NCBI GenBank assembly: GCA_950097015.1
Contig: CATNEN010000038.1
Location: 24,738,001 to 24,802,000 of the forward strand
Length of the DNA: 64,000 nt
From: Macrostomum hystrix
Lineage: Eukaryota > Animalia > Platyhelminthes
Direction of reading: 5' to 3'
The notes under the pieces were generated by a model. The model did not search any database, had not been told where the DNA came from, and worked only from the letters and a program-made list of their open reading frames with translations. The position numbers and the translations under genes are program-made. Shown piece after piece: positions 36,256 to 49,074 of this stretch (position 1 is the first letter of the stretch; every line of letters begins with the position of its first letter).

Positions 36256-36539
36256 CTGGACTGCAAGCGAAGAAATACCCATTACCTCATGAGGCCAGTT
36301 TTCCCCTGCTTTCTAATCTGTCAAACTGGGAAATGCAAGATCAGAAATTCAAATATCGGAAATACAGAGATGTAATGTTTGCTGGCTAGTTCCTTAGAAA
36401 GCAACAACGCAAATTCAAATGAATTAACGCATGTGCAGGTGTGCTTCAAACAATCGGTAACAAACAAAACACGCAGGCAATGGTAACGTAGAACTTGCAG
36501 AAGAGTGCTCACAGAGGTCATATTGGCATCAAATGAAAG

Positions 36540-37175
36540 TTACTTGTCTGTTCTGGCACTGGAAAGTTTGGCCGACTTTCGCTTACTTCGAGCCCCAGCT
36601 CCACCAACCGAAACGTCCTTGACTAGATTTTTCATCATGCAGTTGAAAAATGCACAGACGATTCCTTCTTTCACATCATGGCCATCCGTGCACATCGTCT
36701 GACCCATGAAATGTTCCAGATAGTTGCTGTCATCCATCATCTCATCGACAATGTGACAGAACAGCTGCATCTAGTTGGGCGCATGCAGCAGCCATCTGCG
36801 CAGTTCATTGCTCTGTCGGATCTCCTCGAACACCTGCCAGCAGTGTCTGGCCAGCCCAAAAGCGATATCAGACGGCTTGAACAGGCCACCCCGGTTGATC
36901 TCCTCCAAGAAGACGATGGCCGTGGCCTGAATCCCGCCATCAGTCTCAAGAGGCGGCAGATCGTCAGAGCCTAGCAGAAGTTCGCGGCAAGATGCGCACC
37001 CGCGCTTCCTTTGCACGAATTTCTTAGCGACTGCTCCACTTATATAGTAGATGACGGTGCAGTCAGAGCTCAATGGCTGGATATTCATCTTCATCTTGCT
37101 TGCAAACTCTCGCGCCAGTTCCTTCACGCGCTGATCCTTGAGTGTAGTATTTGAGTGCATCTCGAGTTGAATCAC
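36540..37175 (-). pseudogene. P-element/THAP9-like transposase, C-terminal relic
   Basis: IYYISGAVAKK..CxxC and NRGGLFKPS motifs; in-frame stop at 36771. Confidence 0.75.
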
Positions 37176-37299
37176 AAAATACTGCGACTTCCAGCTTCTC
37201 TCACGACTTCTCGATGTTCTTAGGGTTCAGCACAGCAGGGCTGAGCTTGTGAGCGGTCCAGTTGATGGCAGCGGTCTGCTAGGTGGTCTAAAAATTCTT

Positions 37300-37990
37300 G
37301 AAACCTTTCCTGCGTTTGACCACCTCATTGGATGACAGAATGCACCAACCCGAACTCCGACGAAATTGCCATGCAAACTGTATCGTTAGGACCCTCTGGG
37401 TTGTCACCGTGCGCTTCACTGGGTGTCCACAAGCCGACCTGCCCTGCGACCTCCGGGTTCACAATTTAAAACCGGTGTCATCTAAGTAGACAGTGTGAAC
37501 TCCTGGAGCTAAGTGGAGCATGAAGTTAGCGTACTCGCTTCTGGCGTCCAGGCTTTCAACTCGGTTTGTGTTTAGGCGCACATCCGTCACCTTGGTCGCA
37601 AGTTTAACCGTAATGAGAAAACTATTCATTGTTCGATCATATGTTTTAAGGCTCACCTGTGGCTTGTCAGGAAAGCGTCCGGCTTGTCATCAGCTTCTCA
37701 GCCATTGACTTTAGCGTTCGAAAGGGATTTTGCTGAACCTCATGTTGTAAAAAATCTTGCATCTCTGCGCCAACTTTGCAGCTTGCTTCCTTGCGTCCTC
37801 CACGAGGCAAAGCTTCCAACCTGCTGCAGCTTGTTCGAATGTTGACCGAATGCGCTGAACAGAAGTTTTGGATACTCCGAACAAGACTGGCACATCCTTC
37901 ATCGACAGTCCACGGTGCAAGGCGGCGACGATGCGCTGTCTGTTGCGTACAGAAATTTGGGGCGCAATTATTGATTAACTGTTCAACAGA
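37300..37990 (-). pseudogene. Tc1/IS630-like DDE transposase relic
   Basis: HTH (KDVPVLFGVSKTSVQRIR) and VYLDDTGFKL*TRRSQGRS, with stops and frameshifts. Confidence 0.65.
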
Positions 37991-38064
37991 AAGAAAATGA
38001 AAGCGCCTTGTTGTCCCTGCGAAAAACTAACATCGTTTCTTCTATTCTGGCTCATCGTTCTATC

Positions 38065-38965
38065 GGATAGAATGACGCAGATACAAGAATAGAACGACGC
38101 AGATACTAGGATAGAATGGCGTATAGATACTATAATAGAATGACGTATAGATACTAGAATAGAAGGACGTATAGATACTAGGATAGACTGACGTATAGAT
38201 ACTAGAATAGAACGACGCAGATACTAGAATAGAACGACGCAGAGACTAGAATAGAATGACGCAGAGACTAGAATAGAATGACGTATAGATACTAGAATAG
38301 AATGACGCAGAGACTAGAATAGAATGACGCAGTTACTAGGATAGAATGACGTATAGATACTAGGATAGAATGACGTATAGATACTAGGATAGAATGTCGT
38401 ATAGATACTAGGATAGAATGACGTATAGATACTAGGATAGAATGACGTATAGATACTAGGATAGAATGACGTATAGATACTAGGATAGAATGTCGTATAG
38501 ATACTAGGATAGAATGACGTATAGATACTAGGATAGAATGACGCATAGTTACTAGGATAGAATGCCGTATAGATACTAGGATAGAATGACGTATAGATAC
38601 TATAATAGAATGACGTATAGATACTAGAATAGAACGACGCAGATACTAGAATAGAACGACGCAGATACTAGAATAGAATGACGCAGATTCTAGAATAGAA
38701 TGACGCAGATACTAGAATAGAATGACGCAGATTCTAGAATAGAACGACGCAGATACTAGAATAGAATGACGCAGAGACTAGAATAGAATGACGCAGATAC
38801 TAGAATAGAATGACGCAGATACTAGAATAGAATGACGCAGATTCTAGAATAGAATGACGCAGATTCTAGAATAGAATGACGCAGATTCTAGAATAGAACG
38901 ACGCAGATACTAGAATAGAATGACGCAGAGACTAGAATAGAATGACGCAGATACAAGAATAGAGT
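38065..38965. repeat. 24-mer minisatellite (agatactaggatagaatgacgtat)
   Basis: Tandem array of ~900 bp. Confidence 0.95.
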
Positions 38966-39339
38966 GGTCTTAATTCCAAATATTTTGCTTGCACAGTGAC
39001 AATACATACGCTAAGATTTGACCAATACATGACAATAGGGCATTACCAGACACAACAGCTGTCACATTTATTACAGGTCTTAAAGGTATTAACCATTGGG
39101 AAAGTTTAGTAATAATGTCAGGAAAAATTGCTGATTTTCTGTAATGCGATTTCGCCCTGCACTCTACCAGAAAATAAACGGTAGGAAAGCATAAATAGTG
39201 AAAATAGTGAAAACCGAGTTGTAGTTAATACTCTATTTTGCCTACTTGGCCCATGCATTAATGTAACGAATATTCCAGAACCATAGGAAATTATATAAGT
39301 CCAACATTAACGTTTTCTAGGCTTGATAGAACACATGAG

Positions 39340-39412
39340 ATTGCACATTAAAAATATCCCTGGACAGTAGGGCGGCTTCCTTTGTGTTGCCCATCTCGTA
39401 GGACGCTGCCAT
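39340..39412 (-). pseudogene. Truncated 5' end of the CAP gene created by the duplication breakpoint
   Basis: Identical to 28038-28110 (MAASYEMGNTKEAALLSRDIFNVQ), then runs into unrelated sequence. Confidence 0.8.
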
Positions 39413-40039
39413 TTAGAGTTGAAGCTTTCGATAGGATTAACTGGTCCTTTGTACGCACTTAGTTGTAAGTGCATTCGCATCCTGAACTATGCGAACTTGA
39501 AGGAATTTCAACTTGGCCCATAGACAATAATGGTTCGCTCAGTTACATGATTCGCAGAAGCGCTATTTTTTTCTAGAACTTTCTGTGCTAAAGTGCATCT
39601 GTAATAAAACTGATAGATCTAGCTCGTGACTGCGATCCGGAAAATGTGTATTTCTGGGCCTTTTCATCAAGACAGAGCTAGGTTTTCAGCTCGATGCTCG
39701 TATTAATCTTGAACCGAAAACGACCATTCGATCTATAAGCCAACCAACCAAATAATTTGTGACGAAGCGACACTGAGTAGCAAGTATGTACATTTATGCC
39801 AACTATGAAAGATAAGTTAAGAAAGATAAGAAAGATGAAAGCTGCTAAAAGCCGATTGGCTGAATGGTGGCAGATAGCTTTGTACACAGCAGAGAGAAAT
39901 AGGGACAGATCACAAATTTGAAAATTTGGCCACGAGTTTGGGGGGCTCAATTTTCAATGTTGCTATAGCTGCTGAGCTACAAGCTATTTTTTTACTTGAA
40001 AGCCTAGAGAAGCTATCGATGACATAAACTAAATCCAAT

Positions 40040-41911
40040 AATAGTATATTATTACCCAGGCTTTCAGGGCGATAATGGGAAAGCCAGAGGGCGCCGAAGG
40101 CGCCCGAGGGATTTCTCATTATCGCCCGCAAAGCCTGGGTAATACTGTGATTGTACCATAGACTATGTGGCTGAGTAACAAGACAAACCATATCAGCCAT
40201 AGACAAAATGATTTAATCACAAACTATACAGTTCAATTATAAGATAAAGAATAATGAAGCAAAGAGAAGCAAACAACTAGAGAAAGAAGCTAGACTTCTT
40301 TATTCTTCACCGTCATATGCTAGATCGACCATGCTGAACTACAAAGCAATTTTAGAGAAAGAAATTTCTGGTCTCTCATCGGACGAACTTCAATTCGTGA
40401 CCACGCTTAGTGATGGACGGCGCGAGGAAGAAGCTGTATATCAGTCCACGGGACTGCCAGTACTTGAGACGGAAATGATTGAGAGTTTTCTGGCTGAAGT
40501 GTCCACATGTAAGGCTTTGACTGACGAAGATCTGAATGAAATTGCCAAGATGGAGGACTTAGGCAAAGTCTGGTCTACTGAGAAGGCAACAGCTACGTAC
40601 GCCGCTCGTTTCCGAAAATTTCTTGACGATCGAGGACTGCCATCGCAACTTGAGACAATACCGACTCGATATTTATGTCACTATCTGCGCCTGTATTTTT
40701 CAGTGGTTAAAAAGGATGATGGAACGGCGTACAGTTGCAGTTCGCTGGTATGCATGCGCGCAGGAATCTACCGGTATTTGAAGAATTTACGAGGTTTGGA
40801 TATCATCGGCAATGTTGAATTTAGCGCTTTTGAGAAGACTTTCAAAGCTGCTCTTACGTACTCTCTGAAGAAACCTGTTTCGGTGATGGATGGTGACGGT
40901 GGGTATCGAGCATTGGAGCCTGAAGATTTGGCGTTGTTGCATGCGTACTTCGACCGGAGCTCGCCACAGAAACTGCAACAGGAAGTCTTCTTTGTCCTGA
41001 GCTCACACTTTGCCTTTCGTGGACGTGAATGGATTCGAGCGCTTGAGAAAAAAGATGTCATTCTGCGGGAATCCACCGGAGGTATGACGTGCGTTGACTT
41101 GCAGAAAGAAAAGAAAGAAAAGTGTGTGTCCGCCGATGCCCCTCGGTCCAATCGCGAGATTGGGATTTTTCCTGTGCAAGACAAATCTGTGTGCCCAGTT
41201 GAAGCGATCAAACTGTATCTTTCGAAGCTTCCATCTGAGAACGGCTCTCTGTTTCCCAGGCCTGCCGTCAAGTGGCAGAATGGAGCATGGTATTGCCCAA
41301 AAGATGTATTGGGCAAGAACACATTGGCCAGCATGATGAAGACGATCTCGAAAGCGGCCAGGCTCTCGCGGGACTACACCAACCATTCGATCCGCGCAAC
41401 AACCATAACAAACCTGTCTTCTGCTGGATTCAGTGCCGAAGCGATTCAAACCGTCTCTGGGCACAAAAAGGTGGATAGTGTTGTCCGTTATACAAAGCGG
41501 ACAACAGTGGCCCAGAAGCGCGCATTGTCTTCGGCTATCACAGATAGTCTACATGCCTCTACATCGAGCGTGGTCAGACATCAAGCACAAGCACTCTGCG
41601 AAAAGTCATCCAGCGTTCCAACTGCCGTCACAACTATTGGCCAGCCTGATAAATCCGGCCCGACGATCGTCTTGGAGAAGAACGGGGCTAAATGTTACAT
41701 TTATATGTGAGTGCAAAAAGGTCGCTTTGCGAAATTAGGCTTTGGCTCTGGACTCTAACTGCTTTGTTGGATGTTTTGTTTATTTTGTTGAAATACGTTA
41801 AAATACACAAAAATAATCCATTATCGGCCCAACTTTTCGGGCCAAAATGACATCGTCTATGGCAATAATCGAATATCAGCCCGCCCGATAGCCACGTAGT
41901 CATGGTACAAT
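40040..41911 (+). mobile_element. Full-length Crypton, duplicate copy
   Basis: Identical to 28738-30609 with the same flanks, so it was copied by the duplication rather than inserted independently. Confidence 0.88.
40331..41710 (+). CDS. Crypton tyrosine recombinase, duplicate
   Basis: Protein identical to 29029-30408. Confidence 0.93.
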   Translation: MLNYKAILEKEISGLSSDELQFVTTLSDGRREEEAVYQSTGLPVLETEMIESFLAEVSTCKALTDEDLNEIAKMEDLGKVWSTEKATATYAARFRKFLDDRGLPSQLETIPTRYLCHYLRLYFSVVKKDDGTAYSCSSLVCMRAGIYRYLKNLRGLDIIGNVEFSAFEKTFKAALTYSLKKPVSVMDGDGGYRALEPEDLALLHAYFDRSSPQKLQQEVFFVLSSHFAFRGREWIRALEKKDVILRESTGGMTCVDLQKEKKEKCVSADAPRSNREIGIFPVQDKSVCPVEAIKLYLSKLPSENGSLFPRPAVKWQNGAWYCPKDVLGKNTLASMMKTISKAARLSRDYTNHSIRATTITNLSSAGFSAEAIQTVSGHKKVDSVVRYTKRTTVAQKRALSSAITDSLHASTSSVVRHQAQALCEKSSSVPTAVTTIGQPDKSGPTIVLEKNGAKCYIYM

Positions 41912-42297
41912 TATACTCTCGTACGAGAAAAAGGCAATGTCTCAAAAATAGGTATAATTTTTTAAAAGTATATTGATAAGGACAATCATGAGGTCTGGCC
42001 ATGCTGCTCTAACATGAATTAGTTAAAAAAGCTAAAACTGCTTTGAGAATAACAAGGCAACTGATTTTATTTGCAGATTCCACAGAAAACTGACCGAAAT
42101 AGGCAAAATAGCAGGCTTCAAATTTTAGCCAATGAGACTAGAAGGCTAGATGACATCTAGCCAATAGAATTCCTTAGCTTTCCAGCAGATAGACAGATGT
42201 CGCCTCACGTGGTTATAAAGCGAATGATCCTAATGCATTTCCACGGAATCTTTTCTCAATTCACCTCACTCGCCAGAACCCCCAAAGAGTTCAAGCC

Positions 42298-43410
42298 ATG
42301 CTTGAAAACGACACTTCAACAGAAACAACAAGCGACGCCCCGTTCCCAGACCCGGGCGAGGCCTCTCGCAATCTCGCCATCACTATCCAGGTGTTCAATG
42401 TGCTCGGCCTGGCACTGAACGTCAGTTTGGCAGCTGCCCTGTGCAGTCTGGGCTCCAGAACTGGCGCCAAAGGTGTCCTACTGCTCACTGTAACCGAGAT
42501 AGGAATCAACATGTCCCTGCTGATCATGCACTCCGAACTATGGGCCGGTAACGAGAAGCACATTCACATTGTGGAAAAGTTCAACTTCAGCTTTGAAGCG
42601 TTTCATTTGCTGCGCAACTTCTGGCTTTGCGTGATGACCATCGCCAGGACGGTGGCAGTCAGGCGACCATTTCTTAGCCGGGCGCTACTTTCCAGGAAAC
42701 AACAGGCCTACCTGTTCTCGACTGCCGCCGCATTCAGCGCTGCTTGGAGCTGCTTGGACCTGTTGCTAGTTAATTATTTCAACAGTCCTGGAGCTAAGAG
42801 TCTGAGCCGAGCCCTGGCACTGATTCGTCACTTTCTCAATACCGTGGTTGCCGGTTCCGTCATTGTGACAACAGCCGCGCTCATTGTCTATCATATTAGA
42901 CGCACGAATGTTTTTAACTTCAGGCGCAGAGAAAGTCAGGCTAGCAAGATTGTTGTCACGATCAGCGTGGCTTTCATGCTTCTGGAGCTGCCCTACGCAT
43001 TCGTGGTCTACCTGGGAATTATTCGACTAATGACAACTGGCATATCGGCATTTCCCAAGTACTTTGCCGAAATTGTCCACATCCTCTATCGGGTGAATCA
43101 TCTGCTGATTGTGATCGACACCTGCCTGAACCTGTTTGTGATGCTCATATTTAGCTCGAGTTTTCGACTGCAGCTGCTTCTAGCAATCAGGCGCCGGTGT
43201 TCAAAGTCTAGAAAACTGAACCGACCTAACCAGCGCCGTCAACTGTCTGGAGGCGATGGCAGCACAATACGACTTCAGAAGCGAACAAGCAGGTCTGTTG
43301 AGAGCACTAATAATGGCGGCAAGGAAAATGATGCTCATTGCTCCAGACTCATTGCTCCGGGCCAGCCGGCTGTGTACAGGGAAGATCAGAATCGAGTGAC
43401 AGCTCTTTGA
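42298..43410 (+). CDS. Intronless 7TM receptor, duplicate
   Basis: Protein identical to 30996-32108. Confidence 0.85.
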   Translation: MLENDTSTETTSDAPFPDPGEASRNLAITIQVFNVLGLALNVSLAAALCSLGSRTGAKGVLLLTVTEIGINMSLLIMHSELWAGNEKHIHIVEKFNFSFEAFHLLRNFWLCVMTIARTVAVRRPFLSRALLSRKQQAYLFSTAAAFSAAWSCLDLLLVNYFNSPGAKSLSRALALIRHFLNTVVAGSVIVTTAALIVYHIRRTNVFNFRRRESQASKIVVTISVAFMLLELPYAFVVYLGIIRLMTTGISAFPKYFAEIVHILYRVNHLLIVIDTCLNLFVMLIFSSSFRLQLLLAIRRRCSKSRKLNRPNQRRQLSGGDGSTIRLQKRTSRSVESTNNGGKENDAHCSRLIAPGQPAVYREDQNRVTAL

Positions 43411-44640
43411 TGAAGAAACCTTTTTCTCGACTATGAAAAAGGAAAAAAGCAAATCAATTAGCGACCACTATTATATGGCCTAATCTTTGCGTCACAATTA
43501 TTGCGTACCGCTTTCATGTTTTTTTCGCGTAGCGCTCATAGTTATCTTCAAAGATTGGCCATAGAAGAAGTTTCAGTGTTTGGTGTATAAGCACAAGAGA
43601 GATGTGATTCCGTGATTCGTTTGGGCCATAGATCATTATTCAAGGCTAAGACATACTACACAATTAACCATAGACTTCACTGGAAATATTAATAACGCTT
43701 AATAATGCTTAATAACCTTCCCATGTCTATAATTATTTGTCAATTCAACTACTGAATATCATAGAAAAATAAATTTGAACAAGTCGATATAGCAGACTGA
43801 CTATTAGTCAACTGATCAAAGGCGAATCAGGCTAATGCGCTTTCGTGACGATTAAATGTCAGAAATAAAGAAATGCCTAGAAAAAATGCATTTCGCATTC
43901 TTTGATGGATCACGAATAACCAAACGAGTTGAAAAACAGTTTTATCATTATCAGTTTCTAATAATAGGCAAGAAGTTTCTTTCTGACGAAGCCTTTTAGC
44001 TGTTTATTATATTGCATTACATACAGGTCGATGGTTCCAGAACCCGCATAAGGAGAATGAGAGGGCTAAATTGATAAAGCAGGGAGAAATAAAGCTCCCA
44101 CGGTAATCCACACCGCATTGCTGCACGGTTGGGTGACGTCAAGGGATACATTGCGGAACGGGATTGCCGATGACGACTTTTGAGGCTACCCTCGTTTAGT
44201 TAGATGTGAAATGCTCATATGCGCACAGGTGAAATCCCTTGATTTCAGAGATTAGGGGATTAAAGTAGAGGACAGTTTCGGAATATAATTATTTATATCG
44301 CTTAAATAGTTATATCCCTTAATTATTATATATAATTATATATATTACTTATATTTATAAACAAAAAGATTTTACCATAGACACTGTTCAACATACTTAC
44401 AGCCAGTTTCATAGAAAACTTGAAGGTGCTACAAGTAATTAGGCCCAAGTAGCGAAAAGTATTTTAATATGTTTCATAAAAAAACTAAAGGTTTACAAGT
44501 TCTGACAAGTGACAAGTTGTAAGCTATGAGCAATGGTTACAAGTGTATTGTAATACATTGACGCCACTCTACAAAAAGTCGAAACCGCTCGTTGACTTCA
44601 AAATTTGATCAGGTAACTTTTCCCCGGCGAAGGGGGTCAA

Positions 44641-44996
44641 TGGCATAGCGGTCTAACGCGTCCCTGAGCTCGATTCCGCGGCGAGGAAGAATTAAATTGG
44701 GGCGCAGCCGCGGAGAGAAGGCTTGGGGGATTGTCGTGCAATTGACGCCTTCGAGGGCCAACCTCGAAAGCACAGCGAAAGTGTACACTGCCTGACGATG
44801 AGAAAGTCAGGGCAGATGTACACACCCCCTGGGTGACTATGTGCCTGCGTACGGTATCTTTGTGCATGTGTGCTCAGGATTCAGCGAAATGGGCAGAGTT
44901 GCCTACTCGCTGGCTGCGGGTCTATAGTGCCACCGATTGATGCGCAATGGCCCGCAGCCCTCCTGCAATTATTATTTTATTAATTATTATTATTTC
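44641..44996 (+). mobile_element. SINE family A, duplicate
   Basis: Copy of 33338-33692. Confidence 0.75.
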
Positions 44997-46431
44997 CCAG
45001 GCGAACTAATTCGATAGCAAAAAGATTCACAACTCTCACTTTCACTACTTGATAGAGCGTAGGCCCTAAAGAACAGCACCGATTTCCAATTTAAAGAAGC
45101 GTACAATGACCACGAGACAAGATTCGCATACATGTGACGATTCTGTGCAACCAACTGCTAGAGTAAAACTAGAGCACCCGACAAGAAGGACATGTGTGTT
45201 GAAACCTCATCGCAAAAACAAGTCTTGAGTTATCCTGCAATACAGAACGGGTGCAAATTTCCGTTGCTGTAACCAAGTGTAACCGACCGGCTGTTCACGA
45301 AACCGACTATCCCACAAAAAATCCGATTTGGGGGGCAAAGCAGTGGAAAACTATAGCTGGTGCACTGCCTGACGATCCATTCCTGACGATGCAGCCATAT
45401 CGTCAACTTTTTCTCGGATACAGATACAACGCAACAGCTTGTAGACTATTGAATTCTAGAACAGTTTGATATGCAATGAGTTGGAGATTGACAGGGTTAA
45501 GAATTTTTGTTTTCTGATTAGTAGAAAGTTCGGTATTTTGGTTGATTTTCAATCAGTTGGATACCCAGGTTACTAGGCCTAAGCTTGAATTAAAGCTCCA
45601 ATTGCGTGAACACACAGCGCCTGGGCAGGACAAGGCGTCTAGGTGAAAATATTTTTCTGACATTGCGATAATTACATTCTCAGCAGCAAAATCGAACGTG
45701 ACTTGCGTACTGCCAACATTTGCTGGGGGGAGGAAATTCGGCGGAAAATTGCATCAGTGTATTTTCCACAGCTGATTATTATACTGAGTAAACTAAAAGC
45801 TTCCTTCTAGAAAAATACATAAGACATTTCTCTATTCCGTCTTTAAGTTTTTTGACCTTATTCTAACCCAGGGGTTACGCCAACAATCGGCTAACAGATT
45901 ATCTTGAGTTAGCATAGTTATAGAGTTAATAATTTACCTAATTATGATAGTTTTACCTAGACACTGTACTTAGCATATACTTGACCTTCAGCGGTCGAAT
46001 TTTCTACTCATTTTTTTCGAGTGAAGAATCGGAAGAGCACTTTAATAACCAGGAAAACAATATTGAAACAGTATTTAGAGTGCTACCAGATGGCCCCTGT
46101 TTAATTGTCAGTTGAAAAACATTTACACACTTGTTCAAGATGTGAAGCTGGAGTCGATTAACAGAGATCTGATGCTGCATATGTTCTAGGTGTGAAGTAA
46201 GCAAATGTGAAAGTATGCAAATTATCATAGAAAAGTCAGCTACGAGAATTTCACATCGCAGTAACAGTTAATAGACCGCGCGTGACAAAGCAAAATTGGC
46301 TATTTTACCATAACCGTTGTGTATTAACCCCATAGGTGATTCGCATGGCAGAAGTATAGGATAATACCCCCTGCAGACTTCTATGCAATCAACCGTGCCA
46401 AGGCCATAGCCAACGAATCCTGAGTTTTGAT

Positions 46432-47055
46432 AATATACCATTAATACCCAAGCTTTAAGCGCGTTAATGGAAAATCAGAGAGCGCCGTTTGGCTCCCGAG
46501 GATTTTTCAATGACGCCCGCAAAGCTTGGGTATCAATTTTATTGTACCATGACTACGTGGCTATCGGGCGGGCTGATATTCGATTATTGCCATAGACGAT
46601 GTCATTTTGGCCCGAAAAGTTGGGCCGATAATGGATTATTTTTGTGTATTCTAACGTATAGCCACATACTATAAGCCACATAGTCTATGGTACAATCACA
46701 GTATTACCCAGGCTTTGCGGGCGATAATGAGAAATCCCTCGGGCGCCTTCGGCGCCCTCTGGCTTTCCCATTATCGCCCTGAAAGCCTGGGTAATAATAT
46801 ACTATTGTACCATAGACGTTTTTGCCCAAGCTATACTTTCAGAGTCAGAGGCGGGGTGTGGGGCAGAGCCCCCACTTCGGTGTGCCATAGACATTTTAGC
46901 CTCAGTAAGCCATTCCTATTGGTCGATGCCTTTTTGCGGGCGGTTAATGGCTATTAACTGCCCGCAAGAAAATTACCGAGCATTAATTAATTCATCTATG
47001 GACATTAACGGGCAAGACTTTCTGCCCGCCGAGCAAAAAGGTCATGGTACAATAT
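46432..47055 (+). mobile_element. Non-autonomous Crypton mini-B, interrupted by mini-A
   Basis: Copy of 34951-35311 plus a 263 bp insert. Confidence 0.8.
46540..46813 (-). mobile_element. Non-autonomous deletion derivative (mini-A) of the full-length Crypton
   Basis: Reverse complement of 28738-28870 fused to ~30491-30609. Flanked by direct repeats TATTGTACCAT (46540-46550 and 46803-46813) and absent from unit 1. Confidence 0.92.
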
Positions 47056-47116
47056 TTAATACTCAAATCAAATCAAGAACTACCTAAATCCAAGGACTTC
47101 TATATAATAGCATCTG

Positions 47117-48003
47117 GGCCCGATTTCATAAAGCACTTGTCCGACAAATTACAACTGACAAGTGACAATTCCGTAAATTAATGCGTTTCATAAACATGAC
47201 CTAGCTACAAGTTGTCAATTCGACAAGTTACAAGTTACAAGTGACAAGTAAAATTCGACAAATTAAAAGCGCTTTTCTTGGGGTTTTGACCATAGATATT
47301 TGCTGAATCAGTTGCTTCTGCGCAGAATCGGCTCTTTTATTCATCCGAGTTTGACAAGTGGTTGGGACACTTGTAACACAGATCGCAAACTTCTACTATA
47401 TTTGCTTTCGCCATGTCCGACACGGAAGATGAAGAGGAGTTGGCAATGCTGGCAAGACAATTTCCAAGGACATTCAAGGAACGTATTAATTTCCAGCCCC
47501 AAAGCTTTTACTTTTCTGAGCGTTTTAGACTCCGAACTGATCACGTGGAGAACTTGCTGCAAATAGTTGGACCTATTATTTCTCACAGCACGCACAGGAA
47601 CAAAGCCCTGACTCCACAAGAACAACTTCTTTGCACCCTGAGATTTTTGGCCTGTGGTAGCTTTTACTACGTCGTCGGAGATGCGCATGGTGTTTCAAAG
47701 GCAACAATATGCAGGACTGTTCGACGAGTTATAGAATGATAACGTAGCTTTAAAAAGTGAAGCAGATTTTCGAGTTCCGCCGGGAGTTTGGCTTTGGACC
47801 ATAGACTAAAGAGGCAACACAAGTGTCTCCACAAAAATGGATCGATTTCTCACAGTTTGCCCATAGACACCAGACACGATCTATTTTTAACACGAAGGGC
47901 GAGCTTCGGTTTATGAAACCGAAATCGTTGTCACTTGTCGCTTGTTGCTTGTAACTTGTCAAATTGTCACTTTTCGCTTGTAGGTTTTTTATGAAATCGG
48001 GCC
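47117..48003 (+). mobile_element. PIF/Harbinger deletion derivative, duplicate
   Basis: Same TIRs and CTG TSD; ORF at 47413-47739. Confidence 0.9.
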
Positions 48004-48314
48004 CTGGACTGCAAGCGAAGAAATACCCATTACCTCATGAGGCCAGTTTTCCCCTGCTTTCTAATCTGTCAAACTGGGAAATGCAAGATCAGAAATTCAA
48101 ATATCGGAAATACAGAGATGTAATGTTTGCTGGCTAGTTCCTTTCTTCAGATTATTAATTTATGTTTACCTTGAAGCAACAACGCAAATTCAAATGAATT
48201 AACGCATGTGCAGGTGTGCTTCAAACAATCGGTAACAAACAAAACACGCAGGCAATGGTAACGTAGAACTTGCAGAAGAGTGCTCACAGAGGTCATATTG
48301 GCATCAAATGAAAG

Positions 48315-48950
48315 TTACTTGTCTGTTCTGGCACTGGAAAGTTTGGCCGACTTTCGCTTACTTCGAGCCCCAGCTCCACCAACCGAAACGTCCTTGACTA
48401 GATTTTTCATCATGCAGTTGAAAAATGCACAGACGATTCCTTCTTTCACATCATGGCCATCCGTGCACATCGTCTGACCCATGAAATGTTCCAGATAGTT
48501 GCTGTCATCCATCATCTCATCGACAATGTGACAGAACAGCTGCATCTAGTTGGGCGCATGCAGCAGCCATCTGCGCAGTTCATTGCTCTGTCGGATCTCC
48601 TCGAACACCTGCCAGCAGTGTCTGGCCAGCCCAAAAGCGATATCAGACGGCTTGAACAGGCCACCCCGGTTGATCTCCTCCAAGAAGACGATGGCCGTGG
48701 CCTGAATCCCGCCATCAGTCTCAAGAGGCGGCAGATCGTCAGAGCCTAGCAGAAGTTCGCGGCAAGATGCGCACCCGCGCTTCCTTTGCACGAATTTCTT
48801 AGCGACTGCTCCACTTATATAGTAGATGACGGTGCAGTCAGAGCTCAATGGCTGGATATTCATCTTCATCTTGCTTGCAAACTCTCGCGCCAGTTCCTTC
48901 ACGCGCTGATCCTTGAGTGTAGTATTTGAGTGCATCTCGAGTTGAATCAC
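48315..48950 (-). pseudogene. P-element/THAP9-like relic, duplicate
   Basis: Copy of 36540-37175. Confidence 0.75.
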
Positions 48951-49074
48951 AAAATACTGCGACTTCCAGCTTCTCTCACGACTTCTCGATGTTCTTAGGG
49001 TTCAGCACAGCAGGGCTGAGCTTGTGAGCGGTCCAGTTGATGGCAGCGGTCTGCTAGGTGGTCTAAAAATTCTT

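Larger units (their letters stand above)
28038..39339. repeat. Tandem segmental duplication, unit 1 (11,302 bp)
   Basis: ORFs recur at an offset of +11302. The junction catgag-AT-tgcacatt at 39340 joins the unit end to the unit start through a 2 bp microhomology. Confidence 0.96.
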
